Shown here: piece after piece, positions 8,799-16,328 of the stretch
Position numbering within the stretch: the first letter of the stretch is position 1
How the letters are laid out: the number at the start of each line of letters is the position of its first letter
Origin: a virus
Reading direction: 5' to 3' (one strand)
Virus record (IMG/VR): IMGVR_UViG_3300029880_000008
Coordinates: 22,660-86,659 of that record
DNA length: 64,000 nt
Notes under the pieces: generated by a model
What the model was told of the DNA's origin: nothing
Database searches by the model: none
What the model saw: the letters and a program-made list of their open reading frames with translations, nothing else
Program-made: the position numbers and the translations under genes

Positions 8799-8814
8799 GA
8801 GGGATTGCTCCCTC
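8799..8814 (-). promoter_or_regulatory. representative intergenic hairpin of the repeated unit
   Basis: GAGGGA-ttgc-TCCCTC followed by CGTTTTTAGGCTA on the plus strand. The TTGC loop is shared with the hairpin at 8518-8533. Confidence 0.5.
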
Positions 8815-8819
8815 CGTTT

Positions 8820-9077
8820 TTAGGCTAATGCGTTCAATACTCTGTGGGCGTTGTATGCGACAGGATTGCTGTACTTTGCTTTCTCCCACTTTTTACGCTC
8901 ACAAACTTTCAGGCAATACTCATGTGCTATATTCTCTGATAGTGCATCGAACGTGTTGTGTGTAATATCTGATGGCTTACCGAAATAAACTCTGTAACCA
9001 TCCCTGTAGCATACTATACGTCTGCCCAGTCTGTAGATGGTTCTACTGCCCTTCTCTACAAATGTAATTCTTTCCAT
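8820..9077 (-). CDS. hypothetical protein (85 aa)
   Basis: ORF-track 8820..9149 trimmed to the ATG (MERITFVEKG) preceded by TAACCAAATACAGAGAATTATG. Confidence 0.55.
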   Translation of the reverse strand: MERITFVEKGSRTIYRLGRRIVCYRDGYRVYFGKPSDITHNTFDALSENIAHEYCLKVCERKKWEKAKYSNPVAYNAHRVLNALA

Positions 9078-9124
9078 AATTCTCTGTATTTGGTTATTGG
9101 CAGGTAGCCAAATGGCTACCAATT

Positions 9125-9457
9125 TTAGGCTCTGTTCCATGCTTCCCACGCTTCATTCGTGTTCTTGGTGATTGCCTCGTTCCAAAGCTTCTCCATGTTG
9201 TAGAAAATTTCCTGAAATGCTTTAGGGGTATCCTTCGGATCAATCTTCTTGCCGAAATACGGGCGTCCACATCTTCTTTCGTCGTGCTCCCAGATGCACC
9301 GTATCATTCCCGTCTCCGTTGGAGTGCATCCGAGGAATGTTCCCATTGTACCGAATGTCTTTTCTCTAAGCCACTTCGGATAAGGAACGTAGATTGTCCA
9401 CGCATCCACGCAGTCACGGAACTTCTTTCTTGTGTCGTGATAAAGTTTCAATTTCAT
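9125..9457 (-). CDS. hypothetical protein (110 aa)
   Basis: ORF-track 9125..9496 trimmed to the ATG (MKLKLYHD) preceded by TAACCAAATTACAAAGAATTATG. Confidence 0.55.
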   Translation of the reverse strand: MKLKLYHDTRKKFRDCVDAWTIYVPYPKWLREKTFGTMGTFLGCTPTETGMIRCIWEHDERRCGRPYFGKKIDPKDTPKAFQEIFYNMEKLWNEAITKNTNEAWEAWNRA

Positions 9458-9506
9458 AATTCTTTGTAATTTGGTTAATGGAAGAGGAGCATGCAAGCTC
9501 CCCTTG

Positions 9507-10328
9507 TTAGGCTGTTTCTTTTAGTTTGATTCCATTCTCTTCGAGAGCGTCTTTAATCAGCTCGTCAGAGTCCTCGTAGTACTCTCCCCAGCAGGAATCA
9601 ATCTGCTCCCAGTCGTAGTCGTCCTCCGGCTCACGACCTATTTCCGTGAAGACTTTCTTGTAATGGACTTTCTTCTCTAAGACGAACCCCTTAACATCTC
9701 CCCACATCCAAAGACCTATGCACTTAACCTCATGCTCAAATAGGTCCAAGGCTCGCTTTCTCCAGTTTTTTGTATTAGTGTCACAATACTTTGAGAAACG
9801 CTTCTTGTCGCAGTAGGCATATCCGCTGACATAATCTCCCTGGTTGTATCCAGTAGAGGACCACTCGTAGAATGCAATATCCTTACAATCGTGCAGAAGG
9901 TACGTGAAATCGTCCTCTTCGAGGATATCGCAAAGTTCCTCTCTATAGTCGAATCTCTTCAAGTCGCTCGGGCAGAACTCTTCGTGGTTATACCACTCAC
10001 CCTCGTACAGACTTTCAAGATACCACATGCGGTCACTCTTGTCATAGCGCATACGGTAATTGTCGACGTTTTCACTATTGATATAATCAATAATCTTCTT
10101 TTGTGACACGTAGTTACAAACTAGATCCTTCAATGCATCCTCCGCATTTTTAGCGTTGACTTCGCTGCTACAACCACGAGAAAGCCACCTGTTGTATCCG
10201 TAATCGGAATAGTCCCAGAAGTAAACTCCCACCAAATCCCATTCTGTGCAAGGGCATTCGGCATCCTCATCCTGGTAAATGGTGATTCTGTAATCACCAA
10301 TCTCCTTCTTTGCAAATTCGTAACTCAT
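9507..10328 (-). CDS. hypothetical protein (273 aa)
   Basis: From ORF-track 9507..10340. The second ATG (MSYEFAKK) has the usual spacing to the AACCA leader, but the first ATG at 10340 cannot be excluded. Confidence 0.65.
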   Translation of the reverse strand: MSYEFAKKEIGDYRITIYQDEDAECPCTEWDLVGVYFWDYSDYGYNRWLSRGCSSEVNAKNAEDALKDLVCNYVSQKKIIDYINSENVDNYRMRYDKSDRMWYLESLYEGEWYNHEEFCPSDLKRFDYREELCDILEEDDFTYLLHDCKDIAFYEWSSTGYNQGDYVSGYAYCDKKRFSKYCDTNTKNWRKRALDLFEHEVKCIGLWMWGDVKGFVLEKKVHYKKVFTEIGREPEDDYDWEQIDSCWGEYYEDSDELIKDALEENGIKLKETA

Positions 10329-10383
10329 ATCTAATATCATTTAAATGGTTTAACATTGAATATCCCCATGCTAGGGGATATTG

Positions 10384-10923
10384 TTAGGCTTCCTCATAAT
10401 CTTCCTCCATCATGGAGTGAACCTCTTCAAGCTCGTTCGAGAAATTGTACTTGATGTTGTACGTGCCGAAGGCCTTGAAATACCATTCTTCGAGGTACGC
10501 TCTGTCCTTGTTAGCCTGCTCGCTGTCCTCTGCGGAATCAAGTCGGGCTACCATCTGAGGATACAAATCGTAGTAATCGTCGCCATCGTAGTCTGATGCC
10601 CACCAAACACCTGTTCTGCGCTTAGGGTAGTCCTCGTACAGATTGGCAAAATTGCCATTCATGTGCTGGTCATTAAGATGTAGATATTTCTTCATTTCCT
10701 TGTTTGCCTTATGGGTAAACTCCCACGCAAGAGACTGGATATTCTTTTCGAATACATCTGCAATGTATTCTTCCAGATCTTCTGCGTCATCGAAATTTTC
10801 AAGACACTCACGATAGAGGCTCTCGATAACCGCGGCAAAACTTGCCACACCGATATAATCGGCTACTTTCTCGACAACTTCACCCTTGTTGTTCATAACA
10901 ACTTCTACAATATTCTTTTCCAT
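10384..10923 (-). CDS. hypothetical acidic protein (179 aa)
   Basis: ORF track with a leader unit upstream. Confidence 0.65.
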   Translation of the reverse strand: MEKNIVEVVMNNKGEVVEKVADYIGVASFAAVIESLYRECLENFDDAEDLEEYIADVFEKNIQSLAWEFTHKANKEMKKYLHLNDQHMNGNFANLYEDYPKRRTGVWWASDYDGDDYYDLYPQMVARLDSAEDSEQANKDRAYLEEWYFKAFGTYNIKYNFSNELEEVHSMMEEDYEEA

Positions 10924-10975
10924 AATTCATCTGTTTAATGGTTCATAATGGTTCCCCACATTATCGTGGGGAGGT

Positions 10976-11215
10976 TTAGCCACATATGGCAATGTCGCCA
11001 TAATTTCTGAAGAAATGCTTGTACGCCTCAAGACCACTGGCAGCTTTCAAGTCTTTGACCTCTAGCTTACCGGTATCCTTGCGTACCTCTGCAATAGAGT
11101 ATGTATTGTCGTGCGTCCACTTGATGAGGTCCACACGCCTAACAGGATTCTCTACTGACTCTACGATTTTACACTTCAGTAAATCGTCATTCAGGATTTT
11201 CTCTAATTCACTCAT
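10976..11215 (-). CDS. hypothetical protein (79 aa)
   Basis: ORF track. Start context is AATTATG. Confidence 0.55.
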   Translation of the reverse strand: MSELEKILNDDLLKCKIVESVENPVRRVDLIKWTHDNTYSIAEVRKDTGKLEVKDLKAASGLEAYKHFFRNYGDIAICG

Positions 11216-11224
11216 AATTATAGA

Positions 11225-11380
11225 TTAATTATAGTTACACATTATTTCTGTCTCACTGATAATTTCAGCACAATACTTGCAGCGATGGCACATTATGTAG
11301 CCTTTTGCCAGCAATTTGCTGAACTTCGGATATGGGCATTTCTCGCCCATGCCAGCTCTCGTAATCTCAATTTTCTTCAT
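11225..11380 (-). CDS. small Cys-rich protein (51 aa), zinc-ribbon-like
   Basis: Hand translation: MKKIEITRAGMGEKCPYPKFSKLLAKGYIMCHRCKYCAEIISETEIMCNYN. Leader TAACCAAACAGATTGAAATATG lies upstream. It falls below the ORF-track cutoff. Confidence 0.45.
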   Translation of the reverse strand: MKKIEITRAGMGEKCPYPKFSKLLAKGYIMCHRCKYCAEIISETEIMCNYN

Positions 11381-11437
11381 ATTTCAATCTGTTTGGTTAA
11401 TAGAAATCCACACCCGTGAGAGTGAGGATTGTTTTGG

Positions 11438-11902
11438 CTAATCACCGAAATCGCTTTCGTCCTGATCGTACCACCAGTCCTGGAATCGATTCGCAACCTC
11501 TTCCAATGCATACTTAGCAAATGTGTCGTAGATATTTCTGCTCTCGCCCTCGTTAAAAGGAGCATACAGAGCCTTGCCGATAGCATCATAGGTGACGGAT
11601 TTGTCGTCCTTGAAATTCCCGAAGCCCTTAATCATCGTGATAAGGTCTTCTCCTAAATCATCGGCAAGCTCATGCATATTCTCCATGATAGCACTCTTGT
11701 TCTCGTTCCAGAACTTGCTTGTTTGAGAATGATAACAGAATCCAGTGTACCCCTCATTGGCATTTCTGACCTTATCGAGCGTATTAAGCATTGTGTCTTC
11801 ATTAACACCGCCAAGCTGCTCTACTACGGCATATGCCATCTTTACGAATGATGGATTATCATTTTCCTTGATAAACGCATCCCATACTTTCTGTATATTC
11901 AT
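11438..11902 (-). CDS. hypothetical acidic protein (154 aa)
   Basis: ORF track. Leader CAACCAAAATACAGAAATATG lies upstream. Confidence 0.65.
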   Translation of the reverse strand: MNIQKVWDAFIKENDNPSFVKMAYAVVEQLGGVNEDTMLNTLDKVRNANEGYTGFCYHSQTSKFWNENKSAIMENMHELADDLGEDLITMIKGFGNFKDDKSVTYDAIGKALYAPFNEGESRNIYDTFAKYALEEVANRFQDWWYDQDESDFGD

Positions 11903-11962
11903 ATTTCTGTATTTTGGTTGATAATAGAAACGAGCAAGCGCACCATACGCTTACCCGTAATT

Positions 11963-12181
11963 TTAGCCGAAAACCCAGATAGCCGTAGTTCTTGCACAAA
12001 TGGCATACAGCTTTCCGCTGTGACCACGGAACAGCATTCCGTTGCATCCGTACACACCGGAAGAATAGCCTACCTGACTATATTCTTCCGGGATGGCTGC
12101 ACGGCTTGAACTGTGTGTTATATCCTTGGCAGCTCCTACTCTAACGAGTCTCTTCAACTCTTTCTGTGTCATTTTCTCCAT
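11963..12181 (-). CDS. hypothetical protein (72 aa)
   Basis: ORF track. Start context is AGAATTATG. Confidence 0.55.
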   Translation of the reverse strand: MEKMTQKELKRLVRVGAAKDITHSSSRAAIPEEYSQVGYSSGVYGCNGMLFRGHSGKLYAICARTTAIWVFG

Positions 12182-12243
12182 AATTCTTTAATTTTGATGA
12201 TTTAACATGGTTTCTGTGCAGTCTATCTGCACAGAATGTTTGG

Positions 12244-12420
12244 CTAGAACTTGCGAGGGCGCATGCACGATTGCTCAATCTCCTGAGCCTTTTTGTCTGC
12301 ACGTGCTACGCGTCTGAAATACTCGCTCTTGTCGAGATTCTTGCGTCTGCACTCCTCGCTGATAACTGCCTTGTGACTCGCTACGAGCCTGGCAAGGAAC
12401 TTTCTGTCTCCGTCTGTCAT
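12244..12420 (-). CDS. small basic protein (58 aa), ribbon-helix-helix-like (tentative)
   Basis: Hand translation: MTDGDRKFLARLVASHKAVISEECRRKNLDKSEYFRRVARADKKAQEIEQSCMRPRKF. Leader TAACCAAATCAAAATTCAGAATTATG lies upstream. The stop TAG sits in TAGCCAAAC. The ORF-track 12275..12499 is in another frame and is judged spurious. Confidence 0.45.
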   Translation of the reverse strand: MTDGDRKFLARLVASHKAVISEECRRKNLDKSEYFRRVARADKKAQEIEQSCMRPRKF

Positions 12421-12483
12421 AATTCTGAATTTTGATTTGGTTAATAATAGAAGCAGGACACAGGACGTGCCCCGCTGTTTTGG

Positions 12484-12630
12484 CTACTTGCCACCGCACG
12501 CAATACTATGAGGACAGCAATGAATCTTGCCATCCGTCAATCCGTGAAAGCAGCACCCTACACATCTCTCTGTGACTATATCCCACTCTCGCTCTATTCC
12601 GTGTCTGTCAGTTACTCTTACTGTTTCCAT
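12484..12630 (-). CDS. small Cys-rich protein (48 aa)
   Basis: The internal ATG of ORF-track 12484..12759 (METVRVTDRHG...CVGCCFHG...HCCPHSIACGGK) carries the leader TAACCAAAACATATAGAATTATG. Confidence 0.45.
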   Translation of the reverse strand: METVRVTDRHGIEREWDIVTERCVGCCFHGLTDGKIHCCPHSIACGGK

Positions 12631-12689
12631 AATTCTATATGTTTTGGTTAATAGCAGGCAGCACATTATCGTACTACCCATTTTTTTGG

Positions 12690-12959
12690 CTAGAGATTGT
12701 ACACCGGACTTTCTGAAGCACACAGAATCGTAGGACCGGTGAGGATGGAGAACGCACAAGGGTCGAAACTATCGACTTTCTTCATGCTCTCTATCTTCTT
12801 CTGTACTACATCACGTATGGATGACAGATTAAGTCTGCCGTCGATAGGCATAATAGAATCCATGCCCACCATTTCCACAACGCTCACCTCATCGGTGAAT
12901 CTCATGTTCACAAGGTCAAACTTGTTAATCTTATGATAAAACTGAATCCACTTGCTCAT
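12690..12959 (-). CDS. hypothetical protein (89 aa)
   Basis: ORF track. Leader AAACCAAAAATGTAGAATTATG lies upstream. Confidence 0.55.
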   Translation of the reverse strand: MSKWIQFYHKINKFDLVNMRFTDEVSVVEMVGMDSIMPIDGRLNLSSIRDVVQKKIESMKKVDSFDPCAFSILTGPTILCASESPVYNL

Positions 12960-13008
12960 AATTCTACATTTTTGGTTTATAGGAGAGGGAGAAATAACTC
13001 CCTCAATT

Positions 13009-13296
13009 TCAGGCTATGTACTTCTTGAGAAATTCTGCGAGCTTATTGTATTCATCGTCAATTTCCTCCTTGTTATCCACATGAAAGAAATTTGCGGTAC
13101 AGCTGTCTTTTATGTTAGCCGTGCCATCAAAAAAGACAGCAGCATGAGCAGACATAGAGCCAGTGTCGCCGTCTAATCTGACAGTAAGGCTCACACCTGG
13201 CAGATTCTCTGCCAAATCTCTCTGAATTTCCTGCAACTGCGGTAGGATGGTAGAACGTATGTACTCTACATTCTCCTTGTATTCTTCATCTATCAT
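13009..13296 (-). CDS. hypothetical protein (95 aa)
   Basis: ORF track. Leader TCACCAAAAATTATAGATTATG lies upstream. Confidence 0.55.
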   Translation of the reverse strand: MIDEEYKENVEYIRSTILPQLQEIQRDLAENLPGVSLTVRLDGDTGSMSAHAAVFFDGTANIKDSCTANFFHVDNKEEIDDEYNKLAEFLKKYIA

Positions 13297-13348
13297 AATC
13301 TATAATTTTTGGTGAATAATTGTATGCGTGACAATCGCCACGCACATT

Positions 13349-13525
13349 TCAGCTCATGCACAATACTGCAATCTCAGAGAAGCTCTTGGAAATAGCCTCC
13401 TTGCTACGATAATCTCTGTAGCCTCTGGTATTATTATTGTGCCACTGGCGTGCAGCAATCTTGATCTTCTCCATCTCATGCATAAGCGCACGCTCAAAAT
13501 TCTTCTGTGATTTTCTGTCTAACAT
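13349..13525 (-). CDS. small hypothetical protein (58 aa)
   Basis: Hand translation: MLDRKSQKNFERALMHEMEKIKIAARQWHNNNTRGYRDYRSKEAISKSFSEIAVLCMS. Leader TAACCAATTAAGCAAAAGAATTATG lies upstream. The + ORF 13328..13510 is judged spurious. Confidence 0.45.
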   Translation of the reverse strand: MLDRKSQKNFERALMHEMEKIKIAARQWHNNNTRGYRDYRSKEAISKSFSEIAVLCMS

Positions 13526-13548
13526 AATTCTTTTGCTTAATTGGTTAT

Positions 13549-13915
13549 ATTATCGTACTGCCTAGATTTCTCCAAGCAGAATTTAGCTAAATGTTTCCAA
13601 GCACAATTATCGTACTTTCCAAATCTGTCACGCTCCAGGCAGGATGAAATTCTCCAAGCGGAGCGTGGATCGCCACATCTCTCTGAAGAACCACCTGCCA
13701 ATTATCGTACTGCTCCAGAATATTCCAAGCACAATTCCCCAAAATATTCCAAGCAGAATAATGGCAATATTCGTACTTGCTAAACACAACAGAGCAGGAA
13801 CGCTCTGAATAAATCCAAGCACAATTATCGTACTTGAATAAATAATCTGTCTTGCTTTCATATCTATATTTTTTTTGGTAATTGTTCCGTAGCCACGCAC
13901 GACAATTATCGTACT
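13549..13915 (-). repeat. cluster of same-orientation CAATTATCGTACT / TCCAAGCA repeats
   Basis: - ATTATCGTACT is exact at 13549-13559, 13606-13616, 13701-13711, 13824-13834 and 13905-13915, with an outlier at 12665-12675. A variant ATATTCGTACT lies at 13767-13777.
- The 21-mer TCCAAGCACAATTATCGTACT is exact at 13596-13616 and 13814-13834.
- TCCAAGCA occurs six times in 13569-13820. Confidence 0.7.
13628..13861 (-). CDS. small membrane protein (77 aa, two predicted TM helices)
   Basis: The internal ATG of ORF-track 13628..13900 (MKARQIIYSSTIIVLGFIQSVPALLCLASTNIAIILLGIFWGIVLGIFW...) is preceded by TTACCAAAAAAAATATAGATATG. The protein is hydrophobic. Confidence 0.5.
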   Translation of the reverse strand: MKARQIIYSSTIIVLGFIQSVPALLCLASTNIAIILLGIFWGIVLGIFWSSTIIGRWFFREMWRSTLRLENFILPGA

Positions 13916-13933
13916 GGCTACAGATTTTTAGGC

Positions 13934-14068
13934 TCACGCCACGCAGAATAATGTAAGCACACCATTCTTTAGCGACCCGAATTCTACGTGACTCAAAATC
14001 TCCTGAGCATCTGCAATGATACTCTCAACCTCGCACATATCGAGGCATTTAACTCTTAGCGTACTCAT
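13934..14068 (-). CDS. small hypothetical protein (44 aa)
   Basis: Hand translation: MSTLRVKCLDMCEVESIIADAQEILSHVEFGSLKNGVLTLFCVA. Leader TAACCAAAAATATTAGAATTATG lies upstream. Confidence 0.4.
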   Translation of the reverse strand: MSTLRVKCLDMCEVESIIADAQEILSHVEFGSLKNGVLTLFCVA

Positions 14069-14117
14069 AATTCTAATATTTTTGGTTATTGTTCCCTACA
14101 CGCGTAGGGAGATTAGG

Positions 14118-14276
14118 CTACAATATATCGAAAGAAGAATATAGCTCCTCTTTCTCTTCTTCTGTTTCCGGCTCTTCTGTAATATAGGACCATCCTTTTT
14201 CGTCTTTAACATATCCAAGAAACTCCATATCTTCGTCTGAGCGGTTTGCCGTAACATAATGCTTGATAATTTTCAT
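14118..14276 (-). CDS. small acidic protein (52 aa)
   Basis: Hand translation: MKIIKHYVTANRSDEDMEFLGYVKDEKGWSYITEEPETEEEKEELYSSFDIL. Leader AAACCAAATAAAAATATAGAATTATG lies upstream. Confidence 0.4.
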   Translation of the reverse strand: MKIIKHYVTANRSDEDMEFLGYVKDEKGWSYITEEPETEEEKEELYSSFDIL

Positions 14277-14339
14277 AATTCTATATTTTTATTTGGTTTG
14301 TAATTGTAGAGCGGAGATTTCTCCCCGCCCCGTTAGCCA

Positions 14340-14975
14340 GGATGCGCATCTTTGCACCACGTTTTATCTTTATCGTCTTAACTACGTGGCTCACACCCTA
14401 CAGATTTTATGCTTCTGCCAGCAACTTGTTTATTTCTGAGGAGATAAATATCTCGCACGGATGACAAGCAACCGCTTTCAGTCAGCGTGGATAGTGTGCG
14501 CCTTGATACGCTGCAAATCGTGATTGCACACACAATTGATTCTCGGGTAACCAGCCCGACCGGACAATTCCAAACCGGTAGAATATGAATTATGATTTAT
14601 CCGTCCGTTATCTCGCTAGATAACTGCACAGCTACGGCTCTTACTCTTTCCACGTGCCTCATCTCATTCGGTATCGTGGTGGCTCTGTGCTCTCTCGCTA
14701 CCCTCGACGGGATTTCTCGCCCGCCTTTCTGTATCACTACAGATTCGTTTGCCGGATAGCTCTCTGAAATTTTGACAATAAATCCCCTGAGGGAGAATAA
14801 ATTCTCTCTCTGGAATAATACCAAAATTTCTGTTTTGTTCCCTTATGCGGCACCGACCCGCAAATGTACGCTTAAACGTGATAGGAAAAATAAGGGTACG
14901 ACGACCCGCTCCAAGTTGAAAAACCTGGAGTAAAATTTCCCACTGGCTACCGGTCAGATAGTCAGCGGGAAAAAC
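14340..14975 (-). other. ORF-free ~640-nt segment upstream of the leftward gene array (long leader or ncRNA candidate)
   Basis: No credible ORF is present, only a TTG-initiated 75-aa frame. It is more G+C-rich than the neighbouring intergenic DNA. It contains the 10-bp palindrome GATGCGCATC (14341-14350) and several 5-6 bp hairpins. It lies between terminator 14977-15002 and the first hairpin/leader unit at about 14300-14338. Confidence 0.35.
14861..14868 (-). promoter_or_regulatory. possible -7 box (TACATTTG on minus strand)
   Basis: This is the only TAnnTTTG match I found in minus sense inside the ORF-free segment. It would fire leftwards into 14340-14855 and the gene array. The motif is short and could occur by chance. 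Confidence 0.25.
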
Positions 14976-14976
14976 T

Positions 14977-15002
14977 AGATAGCTAGATTTCTCTAGCTAT
15001 CT
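14977..15002 (-). terminator. intrinsic terminator hairpin (11-bp perfect stem), possibly bidirectional
   Basis: AGATAGCTAGA-tttc-TCTAGCTATCT. In minus sense it is followed by AGTTTTTCCC, and in plus sense by GTTTTGTGTT. It sits directly after the stop of 15015..15536. Confidence 0.7.
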
Positions 15003-15014
15003 GTTTTGTGTTGC

Positions 15015-15536
15015 TTACTTTTGCGCTGCTGCAAGTTTAGCTTGCAACTCTGCAATTTGTTTCTGTAAATCTGTAATAGACTCAGATTTTTTCTTTGCTA
15101 CCTTTGCACCGCTTGAAAATGCTTGGTGCAAAGAACACAACTTTGAACCCAAACGCTGCAAACTATCTATAATAGTGGTTTGCGTATCTTTGCCGTTATC
15201 ATCAAACCACTTAAAGAAATTAGGTAGTTTATGTTTGCGGGAAAACTCGCTAACAGCAGAGCGCACACACTCAGTTTGCAAATTGCAGTAGCTTTTGTCT
15301 GAAAGTACGTAATTTGTTGCTAACTTATTGTACTTCGCGCGTGCTTTCTCTAGTTCTTTCTTTGCGCTTACTACTTCGTTATCAGTACACTCGCTTAATA
15401 GCTTTTTGCGGTAACTATTAAGTACTTCTAAACTCTGCGCTAAGACTGCGCTACCTTTGCACTCGGCTACATAACTAGCAACCTTAGTACTTACGTGCTC
15501 GTAGCCTTGAGCACCTTTTATTTCTAAATCTTTCAT
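15015..15536 (-). CDS. hypothetical coiled-coil protein (173 aa)
   Basis: ORF track. It has its own promoter box (15596-15603) and terminator (14977-15002). Confidence 0.7.
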   Translation of the reverse strand: MKDLEIKGAQGYEHVSTKVASYVAECKGSAVLAQSLEVLNSYRKKLLSECTDNEVVSAKKELEKARAKYNKLATNYVLSDKSYCNLQTECVRSAVSEFSRKHKLPNFFKWFDDNGKDTQTTIIDSLQRLGSKLCSLHQAFSSGAKVAKKKSESITDLQKQIAELQAKLAAAQK

Positions 15537-15595
15537 ATCTAAATTGTTTAAATGTTACTTATAGGATAGTGTCCTATCTCTTTCTTTTTGTACTG

Positions 15596-15603
15596 CAAAG
15601 GTA
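15596..15603 (-). promoter_or_regulatory. Bacteroidota-type -7 box (TACCTTTG), extended ATTTTCGTACCTTTGCAG
   Basis: The extended 17-mer is nearly identical to that at 50636-50643 and similar to 301-308. It lies 60 nt upstream of ATG 15536. Confidence 0.55.
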
Positions 15604-16320
15604 CGAAAATTTATTGAAAAAAGCAAATTTTTTATGTTAAAAATCGACCTTTAAAGATATTATAACATATTGATATATAGATAGTTATGGTTTTAACACT
15701 TTGTGGCAAAGTATTAATATGTTACGTTTTACTTTCGTATATCCAACTACATAATCACTAAATGTTAAGATTTTAACATTTAACCAGTGCGTTATTATGT
15801 AACATTTTTTTTGGTCAAGAAATTTGTAATAAACTTTGATGTTTCACGAAATAGTAATAATGCATATTTATGCAAGAAAATGAATATAAACAAAATCATA
15901 AAGTATTGATTATTAAGGGGTTACATAAATTTTTTATAAATATAAACCGACAATTTGAAATAATTACAAAAATATTGTTTTACGATGGTTTTCACTATAT
16001 AAACCGACACAAAATGTAATAATTTCAGAAGAAACACCCCCACACCCCCTTTATAGCTATAAATCAGCGCGGTAGTCACCTCATCTAAAAATTTTTTCTT
16101 CCGATTTTTCAGCCTTTTTGTAAAGTTTAATTACTTTCCTCCATAAAGAATAATTATGCATATTCATTCATCCGTTATTTATTAACATTTGATAGCATAA
16201 ACTCTTACTTTGCAGACCAAACCATAAATGTATACCTATCCTTCATTTAATGTATACCTAAAATGTATATTTATACCCTTTATTTACTAGGGTTTTACCG
16301 GATATTCAGGATATTATCTG
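15604..16320. other. AT-rich ORF-free divergent control region, candidate replication origin
   Basis: - About 700 nt without ORFs lie between the divergent promoters.
- Perfect inverted repeat AAATGTTAA-gatt-TTAACATTT at 15760-15781.
- About nine TAACAT/ATGTTA hexamers.
- Direct repeats TATAAACCGACA at 15941-15952 and 15998-16009.
- AATGTATA(C/T)(C/T)T three times at 16227-16270.
- The region is adjacent to the SF3 helicase gene. Confidence 0.4.
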
Positions 16321-16328
16321 TATCTTTG
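16321..16328 (+). promoter_or_regulatory. possible -7 box (TATCTTTG) for the rightward replication operon
   Basis: CTGTATCTTTGTA lies 128 nt upstream of ATG 16456. An ATTCAGGAT motif sits at 16304-16312. Confidence 0.35.

Noticed and set aside
13549-13915. Repeat cluster as a CRISPR mini-array
   Set aside because: The repeats are only 11-21 nt and are irregularly spaced (25 to 72 nt between TCCAAGCA copies). They overlap a coding gene and lack the regular repeat-spacer periodicity.
13587-13937. 116-aa ORF (GTG start) with YDNCAW-like repeats
   Set aside because: It has a non-ATG start without a leader unit, and its repeats come from the DNA-level ATTATCGTACT repeats. The overlapping frame starting at ATG 13861 has the canonical leader and encodes a plausible two-TM protein.
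280-14340. Intergenic hairpin units as integron attC sites or N4-type hairpin promoters
   Set aside because: A few units contain GTTAGGC (matching GTTRRRY) and GTTTAAC (matching RYYYAAC). Most read TTTTAGGCT / TTGGTTAAT and do not fit the attC core sites, and no integron integrase is present. N4-type promoters need a conserved hairpin sequence, whereas these hairpins vary in sequence.
14597-14824. 75-aa minus-strand ORF in the ORF-free segment
   Set aside because: It has a TTG start, no leader unit and no RATTATG context, and its composition is not protein-like.
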